DNA of 30,928 bases, from the IMG/VR virus record IMGVR_UViG_3300044667_000096, positions 1 through 30,928 of that record; one strand, written 5' to 3'. Within the stretch, counting starts at the first letter, position 1; the number at the start of each line of letters is the position of its first letter. This DNA is from a virus (lineage: Duplodnaviria > Caudoviricetes). Shown here in pieces: positions 1 through 7,194 of the stretch. The translations under genes and the position numbers were made by a program. The notes beneath the pieces are model-generated. The model made no database searches. It had not been told where the DNA came from and worked only from the letters and a program-made list of their open reading frames with translations.

Positions 1-487
1 GGGGACGGAAGGGCGAAGGGTGGGGCCGGGACGGGGTGGGAAGTCGGGTTGGCGAGACGAGAGCCGGGCAGGCGCTGGGTAGTCGGGCGGGCTGGGAAGG
101 TTGGCCCCGGGTTGGCGTGCGTTGGGCTGGGGAGTCGAGACGGAATGAAGGAGGGACGGATAGGCGCGGGCAGGGCTGTCGGGCAGGGGCGCGGCGGCGT
201 AGAGGCGTGTCGAGGTGTCTCGGGCCGGGAGGGGAAGTCGATAGGGGTTGGGCAGGGGAGGGAAGCGCAGTCGGGACGGGATGGACGGCAGCAGGTAGGG
301 GCGGGTTGGGATGTCGGGGTGGTCTGGAGTGGTGGGACTGCGCACAGGTCAGGGGCGTCGGATAGGTGGGGGCTGCGAAGCGCTGGGAAGGGGAGGAAAG
401 TCGGGACGAGAGGGGACCGGGATGCTGCGGGTTGGCGTGGGATGTCGGGCGGGGGCTGAGGCGAGCAGGATTGGCAAGGGAAGTCAT
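1..487 (-). repeat. Pentamer-periodic array, (C)GAC + (NNCCC-like)n on the minus strand; candidate non-coding guide-RNA array, truncated by the window edge
   Basis: Plus-strand GTC(G) anchors at 43, 82, 134, 178, 209, 237, 270, 313, 357, 400, 444 and 483. Between them the sequence parses into 5-mers that nearly all start with G or GG, e.g. 270-312 gtc gggac gggat ggacg gcagc aggta ggggc gggtt gggat. Strand is inferred from the upstream operon. Confidence 0.85.
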
Positions 488-492
488 CGCGC

Positions 493-1047
493 TCAGGCCG
501 CCTTGACAGCCGGACCCGACCCCGGGGAGCGCCCGGTGATCGAGTCGTAGAGCTTCTGGTACTCGGCCTCGGTGAACACGTCGCAGGTCTTGCGCTTGCC
601 GACGCGCTTGCCGACCGCCCGGTGGAACGCTTCGAGCATCCGGGCGTTGGCGGCCGTCTGCTTGTAGCCGTCAGCGACGAACAGGTGGTCAGCACCGGTC
701 ATGTCGCCGAGCGTCCGGCGGGTTTCTCCTTCGTCGATGACGTAGCGGACCGTCGCGAACATGGACAGCGCGGCGTCGTTGCCCGCCTGTGCCGCGTCGC
801 TGGCCTCCTTGAACCGGCGGGCACCGCCGCGCGAACGGGCAGCCGAACGCTCGTTGCGGTCCCGGTCTCCGATCGCCCGCGTCAGGAAGTGCACCGCGCC
901 CTCGCGCAGCCACCCGTCCAGCAGGTCCGGGTCGGTCTCCAGAAGGTGGGCGTGCAGCTTCTCGGCGAGTGCCGGGGCGACAAAGTCCCCGTCAGCCATT
1001 GCCTCGGCAAGGCGGTCGCCCATCTCGGCGATGTAGTCGCGGGCCAT
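493..1047 (-). CDS. Hypothetical phage protein, 184 aa, immediately upstream of the array
   Basis: Protein-like composition; ATG overlaps the antirepressor stop (TGATG); no family recognised. Confidence 0.85.
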   Translation of the reverse strand: MARDYIAEMGDRLAEAMADGDFVAPALAEKLHAHLLETDPDLLDGWLREGAVHFLTRAIGDRDRNERSAARSRGGARRFKEASDAAQAGNDAALSMFATVRYVIDEGETRRTLGDMTGADHLFVADGYKQTAANARMLEAFHRAVGKRVGKRKTCDVFTEAEYQKLYDSITGRSPGSGPAVKAA

Positions 1048-1766
1048 CACCGCTTCACCGCCTGGAACGCCTGCTCCAGCACGTCGGCCGGGTAGGTGTT
1101 GACGGAGCCGAACGTGGCGTCCTGACGCTTTACGGGCTGCTCTCCGCCCTCGCGCAGGATGCGACCTGCCCGCGTGCCGACCTTGATCAGGTACGGCCGG
1201 TCGGTGGGGCGGTCGGTGAGTTTGGCGTAGCCGAGTGCGGTGAACCAGTCGTGCCGCCCCTCGATCGCCGAGACCTTCGCCTCGACGGCGGCGATGCGCT
1301 GCCGGTCCTCACGGATCGCGGCGATGATGCTCTCCGCGAGGGCGAGATGGTCGGTCGACTTCGCAGCCACCTCAGCCCGCTCGCCGAAGAAGTGGTTGCG
1401 CAGGGCGCGAGCCGCCTCGCGCTGATAGGTCACCACCACTTCGCGAGCGCTGGCCTTCACGCGGGAGGGCTGGAGGCGAGCAAGCCAGACGGCGAAAGTC
1501 TCCAGCGTCACGACCATGGACTTGCGGGCCTGATCGTCGCCAGGCATCTGGATTGAGATGAACTCAATGCAGGCCGTCTGATCTGCGGAAAGCTTCGCGT
1601 ACTGGCCAGCCCAGTTCAGGCCGAGCAGGTCGGACACCGGCTTGAGGATCACCATCGGCTCGTCGCCGATCCGCACGCACGGGATCGCGCCGCTGAGGAA
1701 CGGGACGGCGATGACGTTCGACTGCCGCTCGGGCTCGCTGCTGGGGAACGGGATCAGGTCACTCAT
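1047..1766 (-). CDS. Phage antirepressor (P22 Ant N-terminal-like domain plus C-terminal domain)
   Basis: VPFLSG...PMVILKPVSDLLGLNWAGQYAKL...WLARLQPSRVK...YQREAARALRNHFF fits the P22_AR_N pattern; GAGGGGAG RBS before ATG 1766. Confidence 0.85.
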   Translation of the reverse strand: MSDLIPFPSSEPERQSNVIAVPFLSGAIPCVRIGDEPMVILKPVSDLLGLNWAGQYAKLSADQTACIEFISIQMPGDDQARKSMVVTLETFAVWLARLQPSRVKASAREVVVTYQREAARALRNHFFGERAEVAAKSTDHLALAESIIAAIREDRQRIAAVEAKVSAIEGRHDWFTALGYAKLTDRPTDRPYLIKVGTRAGRILREGGEQPVKRQDATFGSVNTYPADVLEQAFQAVKR

Positions 1767-2127
1767 CGCCGTGGCTCCCCTCGGGGCCCGACACCGCCGG
1801 TGCCTCCACAGATGGGACAGGCGATCGGGTCGCCCCCGTCGTCGCCGGGGTTTGGGACCGTTCCGCGCCCGTTGCATTGGCCGCACTTGGGCACGAGGTC
1901 TCCGGGATTTCGGGGTAGGGGAAGAGGTTGGCGACCTGTTGGCCAATTTCGGCCGCGACGCGAATGCGGGCCTCGTCGCCAAGCCCCTTCTCCCCGCGCT
2001 CGAAGCGGGCGAGGTGGGAGACGTGGATGTCCGTTCGTCGAGCTAGCTCGCGGATGGACAGATCCAAAGCCTCCCGCGCCCTCGTGAGGCGGCTGCCCCA
2101 CTCGACGTTCAGGTCGGTGCTTTGCAT
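1759..2127 (-). CDS. Cro-like XRE-family HTH regulator
   Basis: GSRLTRAREALDLSIRELARRTDIHVSHLARFERGE is a typical XRE HTH; divergent from the repressor; low-complexity C-terminal tail. Confidence 0.85.
   Translation of the reverse strand: MQSTDLNVEWGSRLTRAREALDLSIRELARRTDIHVSHLARFERGEKGLGDEARIRVAAEIGQQVANLFPYPEIPETSCPSAANATGAERSQTPATTGATRSPVPSVEAPAVSGPEGSHGDE
1763..1894 (-). CDS. 43-aa DnaJ-type zinc-finger microprotein nested in the cro tail
   Basis: MPKCGQCNGRG...CPICGGTG has two CxxCxGxG motifs; GGAG RBS before GTG 1894; stop overlaps the antirepressor start (ATGA). Confidence 0.65.
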   Translation of the reverse strand: MPKCGQCNGRGTVPNPGDDGGDPIACPICGGTGGVGPRGEPRR

Positions 2128-2133
2128 GCTTGG

Positions 2134-2162
2134 AGCGTCGCACGTCGTGCGACGTACGTCAA
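2134..2162 (-). promoter_or_regulatory. Leftward early promoter for a leaderless cro mRNA
   Basis: Minus strand TTGACG-17 nt-GACGCT with an extended TGn, then 6 nt to ATG 2127. Confidence 0.7.
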
Positions 2163-2228
2163 GCGTCGCACGGAAAACGACAGTGACCAGCAGGGATGTC
2201 CCGATCGGGCGTCGCACGGCGTGCGACA
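2136..2228. promoter_or_regulatory. Three palindromic operators of the lysis/lysogeny switch
   Basis: CGTCGCACG-T-CGTGCGACG at 2136-2154 (perfect), CGTCGCACG-G-AAAACGACA at 2164-2182, CGTCGCACG-G-CGTGCGACA at 2210-2228. Confidence 0.85.
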
Positions 2229-2237
2229 CTGGGTCCC

Positions 2238-2687
2238 ATGTCCACCAGAGGAAGACGAAGCGAACCGACTCCCGCAGGACGGTGGCTCCGGCAGCAACGG
2301 GAGCGGCTCGGCATCGCCACTCAGGCCGAACTAGACCGCCGTCTTGGATGGAACAAGGGCACGGTCAACAACTACGAGACTCGCGACGTGATGGTCTCCG
2401 ACGAGAGGGCCGAACAGCTTGCCGAGTTGTTCGGCCTCGACATCATCACGGTCCGTCGCAACCTCGGCCTATGGGTGCCAGGTGAGGATGTGGGCGCCAC
2501 GTCTAACGCCTTGCCCGTCCCTACTGATGAGAAGTTGCGGCAATCCGGACTCGCCCCTGAGACGGTGGAAGCATTGTTGGCCATGCGCCGCAGCGTCGAA
2601 AGGTTCGTCGAACAGCGGAATGAATCTGCGATTCGCAGGGCCAATCGCGTATTGGAGGCGCTCGATGAGGAGCAGGACGCGGGCTGA
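2238..2687 (+). CDS. Immunity repressor, XRE-family HTH (CI-like)
   Basis: GRWLRQQRERLGIATQAELDRRLGWNKGTVNNYE HTH; divergent from cro and co-oriented with the integrase; TGcGACACT -10 lies 7 nt before the ATG (leaderless). Confidence 0.85.
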   Translation: MSTRGRRSEPTPAGRWLRQQRERLGIATQAELDRRLGWNKGTVNNYETRDVMVSDERAEQLAELFGLDIITVRRNLGLWVPGEDVGATSNALPVPTDEKLRQSGLAPETVEALLAMRRSVERFVEQRNESAIRRANRVLEALDEEQDAG

Positions 2688-3071
2688 TGCAAGTGCATCG
2701 CCCAGGTCAGAGCCGTTGGAAAGTTCCAAAACAGACCCGGCATCCAATAACAACCACTGGGTTCCGGGCCGCCGTAATGCACGTGCATCCCAGAGAATCT
2801 CGGACATGAACACCGGGTGAACTGGAACCAGATTCGGTGCACATCAACCTACTGACCTGCGCAGACGTGCCAACAGGGTTGACTTTTGTCACTATGTGAA
2901 ATGCCGTCGACGGGGCCGAAAATGCAGCGGGTGTTGTTTTCGCGACACACCGATACATAATCATCCCCACGGTGACCGAATCCACGGAGGATCACGGACC
3001 GTCACAACTGAAACGAGGGGTACGAGGCGTCCCGCCCCGCGCGCTCCCAGGCTAAGGACTCAACGACGAGA

Positions 3072-3085
3072 CCCCCCCCCCCCCC
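3072..3085. repeat. C14 homopolymer tract
   Basis: 14 consecutive C, 35 nt upstream of ATG 3121. Confidence 0.9.
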
Positions 3086-3120
3086 GCAATTCTGAGAGTT
3101 GGAAGGGGCCTGGAACTCTC

Positions 3121-3534
3121 ATGACACATCACACCCTGAGCGCGCATACGGACGGTGACGACATCGACCCTCGCACCGTGGCAAGGGTGCTGCGCCGCGC
3201 GCTCGGCGGACTCGGATCCACGCTCGCCGTGGTCGGCCTGGTCGCCCTCTCCTTCGGCCTGCACGAGGAGGCCGTCGAACTCCTCCTCATCGGATGTACC
3301 GCGCTCGGGTGCAGCACCGTCGCCGTTGGCATCACCCTCACCGTCTACCTCATCGAGTTGGTCGTGCGCGGCCAGGCCGCCATCCGCACGGAGGTGCACG
3401 AGGTGGCGCAGGAGCAGGAGCAGCAGGCCGAGCGCCTCACCGCACTGGAGGAGGGGGAGCGTGCCCTCGCGGGCGCCGTGCGGACCATGAACCGCCCGCC
3501 CGACGAGCTGGGCGGGCGGCGGCGTCAGAGCTAA
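3121..3534 (+). CDS. Membrane protein, two TM helices plus coiled coil
   Basis: Hydrophobic LGGLGSTLAVVGLVALSFGL and LLLIGCTALGCSTVAVGITLTVYLI followed by an E/Q-rich helix; GGAAGGGG upstream. Confidence 0.75.
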   Translation: MTHHTLSAHTDGDDIDPRTVARVLRRALGGLGSTLAVVGLVALSFGLHEEAVELLLIGCTALGCSTVAVGITLTVYLIELVVRGQAAIRTEVHEVAQEQEQQAERLTALEEGERALAGAVRTMNRPPDELGGRRRQS

Positions 3535-3538
3535 GACT

Positions 3539-3573
3539 CCCACCGGCGGGTATCCCGCTCGCCCGCCGGTGGG
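3539..3573 (+). terminator. Hairpin upstream of the integrase (terminator or attenuator)
   Basis: Perfect 12-bp stem CCCACCGGCGGG/CCCGCCGGTGGG with an 11-nt loop; no U tract. Confidence 0.55.
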
Positions 3574-3592
3574 CCCCAACATGGAGACAAGC

Positions 3593-4924
3593 ATGCCCTC
3601 CTACCGCAAACTCCCCAGCGGCCTATGGCAGGCCACCGTGCGCCTGCCGTCCGGGAAGCGGATCACTGAGACCGACAAGCTCAAGTCCGTGGTGAAGGCC
3701 TGGGCGATCGAGCAAGAGGACGCGATCCGCCGCGGCGTATGGCGAGACCCCCGAGCCGCCCGGATCACGTTCGGCGAGTGGTACCAGCGATGGTGGGCGG
3801 CGCGCGTCGTCGAACCGGAAACTCGTCGTGGCGACCGCGCGCAACTCACGTACCGCATCCTCCCGCAGTGGGAGGAGTGGCCACTGGCCAAGATCAAACG
3901 GATGGACGTCCAGGGATGGATACGGCAGATGCAGGCCGACGGCATTCCCGCCGCGACGATCCGCCGCACCTACAACCTGTTCAGCTCCATGATCGGCGAC
4001 GCCGTCCTTGAGGGTCCGATCGGAGAGTCGCCATGCGTGAAGATCGCACTGCCGCCCACGGACCCGAAGCTGCCCGCATGGTTCACGCGCGCGCAGGTCG
4101 ATCGGATCCAGGTCGAGCTGCCGCGCACCCACACGGTCATGGTCGAGCTGATGGTGTGCTCCGGTCCGCGCTGGGGCGAAGCCGCCGCCGCTGTCGGACG
4201 GGAGCGTGACGACGGCCAGGGCAACGTCATGGACTGGACGCGGCGCAAGCTGCGCATCACCGGCACGCTCACCCAGTACGGCGAGTGGAAGGAATACCCG
4301 AAGAACTCTTCCTCGCGGGGCGAGATCCCCGTTCCGCCGCACGTATGCGACATGATGGCGGCCTTGCTGACTGGGCGCGAGCCGGACGGGTTCGTCTTCG
4401 TGGCCCGGCGGCGCTCACCGAAGACGGGAACCTTCCCGACGCTGTCAGGGGCGAACTGGCGAGGCGTCTGGTATGCGGCGATCGACGCCGCCAACGAGAA
4501 GATCAGGGAGCAGAACCGCAATCTGCCGGAGGGTCGGCGGCTCGCGCCCGTACCGCGGTACGACCCGCATGACTGCCGCCACACGGCGGCTTCATGGCTG
4601 GTGCAGGCCGGCGTCCCGCTCTACAACGTGCAGGCGCTACTGCGGCACGCTTCCTTCGTGACGACGCAGCGCTACGCGCACCTGGCGCCTGACCGCAATG
4701 ACGCCATCGCCGCCGGGTGGGCGAAGGCGCGACAGGACGCCACCCTCATCGCGGTGGCCGACGAGGCGACCGGCGAGCCGGAGCAGTTCGAGGAGTTCCT
4801 GCGCGCCTGCCTCCGCTGGTATCGCGACGACCCCGACCGCGCGCTGGCCGCGCTCGCCCCACACTGGGGGCCGCGCCTCGCGGCGGTCGACGGGCGCACG
4901 CTCAAGATCATGACGCACAGGTGA
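3593..4924 (+). CDS. int: Tyrosine integrase
   Basis: Catalytic set SGPRWGE (R), YPKN (K), HDCRH, LRHAS, TTQRYAHL (Y); N-terminal arm-binding segment RKLPSGLWQATVR; GGAG RBS before ATG 3593. Confidence 0.95.
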   Translation: MPSYRKLPSGLWQATVRLPSGKRITETDKLKSVVKAWAIEQEDAIRRGVWRDPRAARITFGEWYQRWWAARVVEPETRRGDRAQLTYRILPQWEEWPLAKIKRMDVQGWIRQMQADGIPAATIRRTYNLFSSMIGDAVLEGPIGESPCVKIALPPTDPKLPAWFTRAQVDRIQVELPRTHTVMVELMVCSGPRWGEAAAAVGRERDDGQGNVMDWTRRKLRITGTLTQYGEWKEYPKNSSSRGEIPVPPHVCDMMAALLTGREPDGFVFVARRRSPKTGTFPTLSGANWRGVWYAAIDAANEKIREQNRNLPEGRRLAPVPRYDPHDCRHTAASWLVQAGVPLYNVQALLRHASFVTTQRYAHLAPDRNDAIAAGWAKARQDATLIAVADEATGEPEQFEEFLRACLRWYRDDPDRALAALAPHWGPRLAAVDGRTLKIMTHR

Positions 4925-5136
4925 CGCACGGCCCGTACAGAGACGGACGAATCTGGGCGTTGACCTGGAACGCACCCATCTCGGACGCCTTCCCGATGAC
5001 GCGCCACGTGGAACTCCTGGCGACGCTGGTCAGAGGCTGACCGGTGCTGTGACCTGCACAGTTGCTTGACTGCACGGGACTGGGCGGGACAGGAAAGGAC
5101 TCGGATTCTCACCCTCTTGACGCACGAGCGACGCAC
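4911..5136. other. Putative attP: paired arm-type sites flanking a core that matches an RNA methyltransferase gene 3' end
   Basis: YGACGCAC direct repeats at 4911, 4922, 5118 and 5129 (11-bp spacing in each pair); 4984-5040 reads DAFPMTRHVELLATLVRG*. Confidence 0.75.
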
Positions 5137-5252
5137 GATCATGGCTGGTCGATCATGGCCGGATAGTGACAGCCGCCTCACTAGGTGAACCCGCAGCGAC
5201 GGTCGGGACGTCTCACGCTCGTCCCCCGCCGCACCGACCGAACCGAAGGACC

Positions 5253-5882
5253 ATGATGCGTTACCTCGCGGCCGCCCTCGGCCTCGCCATCACCCTCAGT
5301 CTCGCGGCATGCGGGGGAGGGGAGTCCGACGACACCGGCGCCCATGGCGCCCCAGTGTCCCCGGCAGCCGCCAAACCTGCGGCGCCCGCAAACCTCACCT
5401 GGGGCCAACCCGCCGAGGTGACCGGCTACAACATGACGAAGATCCGCGTCACCCCGCAGGCTGTCCTGTACCACCGTGGCCCGTACACCAGCGGCCTGGA
5501 GGGACCAGAGAACGGCTGGTACGCCATCATCTCCGTGAAGGCCGAGCCGCTCAGCAAGCCCGACTCGACGGCGGGTGGCGCGGGTGGGGGCGGCTTCCAG
5601 TGGCGGGGCTCGGGGCAGACGCTCGCGGAGACGGACGGGAACACGAGTAGCACACCGTGGGTCGGATCGGCTCCCGAGTTCGGCGTGGACGCACCGATCG
5701 AGCCGGGCGACCCGCGCGAGGGCATCTTGACGTTCGACATCCCGAGCAAGACTGGCGGGCGGCTGGTCTATCTGAGCCCGGAGGACATGACCATCACCGC
5801 ATCGTGGGACATCCCCGCGGCCGACCAGGGGACCACGCCTGGCATCGTGAAGGTCCGCAAGCGGATCAAGCTGTTCAGCTGA
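5253..5882 (+). CDS. Lipoprotein (DUF4352-like beta-sandwich, tentative)
   Basis: Signal peptide with lipobox LAAC, Pro/Ala linker, and IEPGDPREGILTFDIP motif; GAAGGA RBS. Confidence 0.8.
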   Translation: MMRYLAAALGLAITLSLAACGGGESDDTGAHGAPVSPAAAKPAAPANLTWGQPAEVTGYNMTKIRVTPQAVLYHRGPYTSGLEGPENGWYAIISVKAEPLSKPDSTAGGAGGGGFQWRGSGQTLAETDGNTSSTPWVGSAPEFGVDAPIEPGDPREGILTFDIPSKTGGRLVYLSPEDMTITASWDIPAADQGTTPGIVKVRKRIKLFS

Positions 5883-5891
5883 GGCACGTCC

Positions 5892-5921
5892 CCGCCCGTC
5901 GGCCTGCCGGTCGGCGGGCGG
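5892..5921 (+). terminator. Hairpin between the convergent lipoprotein and GntR genes
   Basis: 13-bp stem CCGCCCGTCGGCC/GGTCGGCGGGCGG with two G-U pairs and a 4-nt loop. Confidence 0.65.
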
Positions 5922-5928
5922 TCGGCTG

Positions 5929-6675
5929 TCAGTCCACGGGGATGACGTACGCCAGCTCGTACCGGTCGACGGGCACGACGATGTCCGCGGTCTCCACCGG
6001 CCGGTCGCCGGAGTACGTCCGCTGGATCACGGTGACGATCGCGCCGATCGGCTCGTCGAGCAGGTCCGCCTCCTCCGCGGTCACGGTCCGCGCGGTGACG
6101 ATCTCGGTTGCGAGCGTCACCGTCTGCCCGATAGCCGCCATGCGCGCGACTACGCCCACGCCCGCGTGCGGCCCGGCCTCCGGCAGCATCACCGGCGTTC
6201 CGCGGGTCAGGGCGAGCGGCTCCCACGAGGTGGACAGCATGACGGGCTGGCCGTCGGCGAGGAAGACGTAGCGGGTCATCATGACCGAGTCGCCCTCGCT
6301 GATGCCGAGTCGTTCCGCGACGGCCGGTGACGCTGTGGTCGTCTCCGAGTTGGACCGCCACGCCCCGGCGCGGCCCTGCGACTCCATGTCCGCGCGGAAC
6401 GGCGAGGACGCCCGGCCGCGGGCTTCTCGATACCAGGAGCGGGTCAGCCGTGTGACCTGCGGACGCTGGCGGACGTACGTGCCGGATCCGGAGCGGGCCT
6501 GGACGTAGCCCTCGGACACGAGCAGTCGGACGGCCTGGACGGCGACCGCGTCGGAGACGCCGTAGCGCTGGCGGAGCTGTGGCCGTGAGGGGATCTTGTC
6601 GCCGGGCGCAAGCGCCCCGTTGATGATCTGTTTCCGCAGATCATCCGCTATGCGCTGGTATGCGGGCTGCGTCAC
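5929..6675 (-). CDS. GntR/HutC-family regulator with UTRA domain
   Basis: PAYQRIADDLRKQI...PGDKIPS...YGVS...GSGTYV winged HTH plus a UTRA-type C-terminus; GGAG RBS before GTG 6675 (TTG 6693 is an alternative start). Confidence 0.92.
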   Translation of the reverse strand: MTQPAYQRIADDLRKQIINGALAPGDKIPSRPQLRQRYGVSDAVAVQAVRLLVSEGYVQARSGSGTYVRQRPQVTRLTRSWYREARGRASSPFRADMESQGRAGAWRSNSETTTASPAVAERLGISEGDSVMMTRYVFLADGQPVMLSTSWEPLALTRGTPVMLPEAGPHAGVGVVARMAAIGQTVTLATEIVTARTVTAEEADLLDEPIGAIVTVIQRTYSGDRPVETADIVVPVDRYELAYVIPVD

Positions 6676-6718
6676 GGGGACTCCGGTGGCCAAGGTGGAA
6701 CGGATTCAGGGCACAAGC

Positions 6719-6761
6719 TTGACAAGCTGTGCGCACGGGTTGCAAGCTGTGCGCACAGCTT
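6719..6761 (+). promoter_or_regulatory. Promoter overlapped by two palindromic operators, probably GntR sites
   Basis: TTGACA (6719)-18 nt-CAAGCT; AAGCTGTGCGCACGGGTT at 6724-6741 and perfect AAGCTGTGCGCACAGCTT at 6744-6761. Confidence 0.7.
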
Positions 6762-6804
6762 TCTTGTTACCCAGCGTCAAGGCGTGATCGCTTGGGGGTG
6801 CCCT

Positions 6805-7194
6805 ATGGAATGGTCCCAGACCTACCCCGGTCTGCCGTCCATGGTGCCAGCTATCAGAGCGTTCGTGCGAGGGCTCCTCGACGGGACGCCCCGACAGGAC
6901 GACGCGGAGCTGATCGCGAGCGAGTTCACCGGGAACGCGCTCCTGCACACCCCGTCCGGCCAAGACGGCGGCGAGGTGTCCGTCACCGTGGCCAGTCGGC
7001 CAGGGTGGGCGCGCATCGCCGTCAGTGACTCCGGAACCGGCGACTGGGTCCGCCCATTGACTGCGGCCGACGCCCTCGGCGACTACGGCCGCGGCCTCGT
7101 TCTCGTTGAGAGTCTCGCGGACAAGATGGGCCACGAGATCGGCGAGGCCGGGCAGACCATGTGGGCTGAGCTGACATGGAGCGTGGAGCCGTGA
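6805..7194 (+). CDS. HATPase_c_2 (RsbW/AbaA-like) ATP-binding protein
   Basis: N box ELIASEFTGNALLH, G1 box VSDSG, G2 box YGRGLVLV, and MWAEL. Confidence 0.9.
   Translation: MEWSQTYPGLPSMVPAIRAFVRGLLDGTPRQDDAELIASEFTGNALLHTPSGQDGGEVSVTVASRPGWARIAVSDSGTGDWVRPLTAADALGDYGRGLVLVESLADKMGHEIGEAGQTMWAELTWSVEP

Noticed and set aside
1-487. Open minus-strand frame from ATG 487 (MTSLANPARLSPRP...) and plus-strand ORFs 36-365, 49-459 and 311-550
   Set aside because: Pro/Ser- or Gly/Arg-rich translations of a skewed repeat. Stops are absent because of composition, and the 5-nt period argues against coding.
1-487. CRISPR array or simple satellite
   Set aside because: No identical 23-50 bp repeats with spacers and no cas genes; units differ too much for slippage expansion.
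2687-2985. 40-aa ORF coupled to the repressor stop, and minus-strand ORFs 2372-2842 and 2707-2985
   Set aside because: Atypical codon usage, no motifs and no RBS.
3585-3600. 12/16 match between concatenated NN of array unit 443-404 (ATACAAGCATGGCCCG) and the integrase start region
   Set aside because: A rough estimate gives about two such matches by chance per query in a window this size, so it is not evidence of targeting.
4717-5040. 107-aa plus-strand ORF as a gene
   Set aside because: Mostly overlaps int out of frame; only its last 18 codons are meaningful, as the att-associated gene end.
4930-5117. tRNA fragment as the att core
   Set aside because: No T-arm or CCA-like sequence seen; the methyltransferase 3' end explains the region better.
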